From assembly GCF_006345805.1 (NCBI RefSeq), contig NC_043007.1, positions 55,242,001 through 55,306,000 on the forward strand: a stretch of 64,000 nt of DNA. The letters run 5' to 3'. The stretch comes from Octopus sinensis. Its lineage: Eukaryota. Of the stretch, positions 63,151 to 64,000 are shown piece after piece (position 1 is the stretch's first letter; every line of letters begins with the position of its first letter). The translations under genes were made by a program, and so were the position numbers. Below the pieces are notes generated by a model that was given only the letters and a program-made list of their open reading frames with translations, did not search any database and had not been told where the DNA came from.

Positions 63151-63426
63151 TCGTCGACAACCATGATTGTCACACGCTGATGAAAGGTAAACACCTTGAA
63201 ACTCGGGTACGTGTGTATCATGTGTTGAAGACGGGGAGGATGACTCCCCTTCACAAATACTGACAGGACACAGATAGTGTGTCTATAGCCAGCGGGAGGA
63301 GGTGTCCTCCTGGGGCTACAAACTACAGTAGCATCCACCCTTTTGGGTTAGCCATATTCAAATGGCATATATGCATCACGTTGTGTTACCGCTACTGTTT
63401 ATAACTCGCTCTGAGATTTATCATTG

Positions 63427-63430
<4 letters not shown>
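63151..63430 (+). repeat. Continuation of the ~352-bp hammerhead unit after the LINE insertion
   Basis: Matches 57761-57924; ends at (TA)n. Confidence 0.9.
63171..63215 (+). ncRNA. Complete minimal type I hammerhead ribozyme
   Basis: CACACG-CTGATGA-AAGGT AAAC ACCTT-GAAA-CTCGGG-TA-CGTGTG; 6-bp helix I, 5-bp helix II, loopless palindromic helix III, GUA site (cleavage predicted after 63209). Confidence 0.85.
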
Positions 63431-63470
<40 letters not shown>

Positions 63471-63743
63471 TATTTGCTATGCGAGAGCAACTGTTTCTGG
63501 AAGACCCACCTTGTCGTAATTGCTCGAAATGTGGAGTAGATAAAACAGCCGACAACTGATGAAGGGTCGTTCTTTATGTTACTTATCTTGTTTTCCATTT
63601 GTTTCTTTCGTTGTTCGCAAAAAATGTTCATATTTCATGTTGATTTTGTATCTCCTTTTGTTTACGTTTTATCACGGTCTGTACCCATATATGCTTATGT
63701 ATACACATATATATGTAAGTATGTACACATATGTATGTATATA

Positions 63744-63790
<47 letters not shown>

Positions 63791-63863
63791 GCATATATAT
63801 TATTTATATTATTATATGATTGAACGCCACTCATCCGTTTCCAAGTATATGCATATATATATA

Positions 63864-64000
63864 GGCGTAGGAGTGGCTGTGTGGTAAGTAGCTTGCTTAC
63901 GAACCACATGGTTCCAGGTTCAGTCCCACTGCATGGCACTTTGGGCAAGTGTCTTCTACTATAGCCTCGGGCCGACCAAAGCCTTGTGAGTGGATTTAGT
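63864..64000 (+). mobile_element. 5' part of SINE family A (runs off the window)
   Basis: ggcgtaggagtggctgtgtggtaagtagcttgcttacgaaccacatggttccaggttcagtcccactg... Confidence 0.9.

Overview
AT-rich, microsatellite-dense animal genomic DNA with no recognisable host gene. The SINE families resemble ones I recall from Octopus/coleoid cephalopods; this is an inference, not a search result. The window is a nest of retroelements. (1) A ~16 kb tandem array of a ~479-bp non-coding unit (27653-43796, ~34 units, two head-to-head blocks), where nearly every unit carries a complete minimal type I hammerhead ribozyme motif: a retrozyme/Penelope-pLTR-like satellite. (2) At least five other hammerhead-bearing short repeat families: a 484-bp dimer, a ~352-bp unit and several relics. 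(3) Penelope-like elements (Neptune-type RT+GIY-YIG, two copies; a second GIY-YIG type). (4) A near-intact Tx1/L1-clade LINE with a 20-bp TSD, inserted immediately upstream of a hammerhead. (5) R4/Dong-type RLE LINEs in (TAA)n and (ACAT)n microsatellites, one with a twin-priming-like 5' inversion. (6) RTE, mariner and Helentron-like relics, tRNA-derived SINEs and several palindromes. All alignments and folds were done by eye, and boundaries of degraded relics are approximate.
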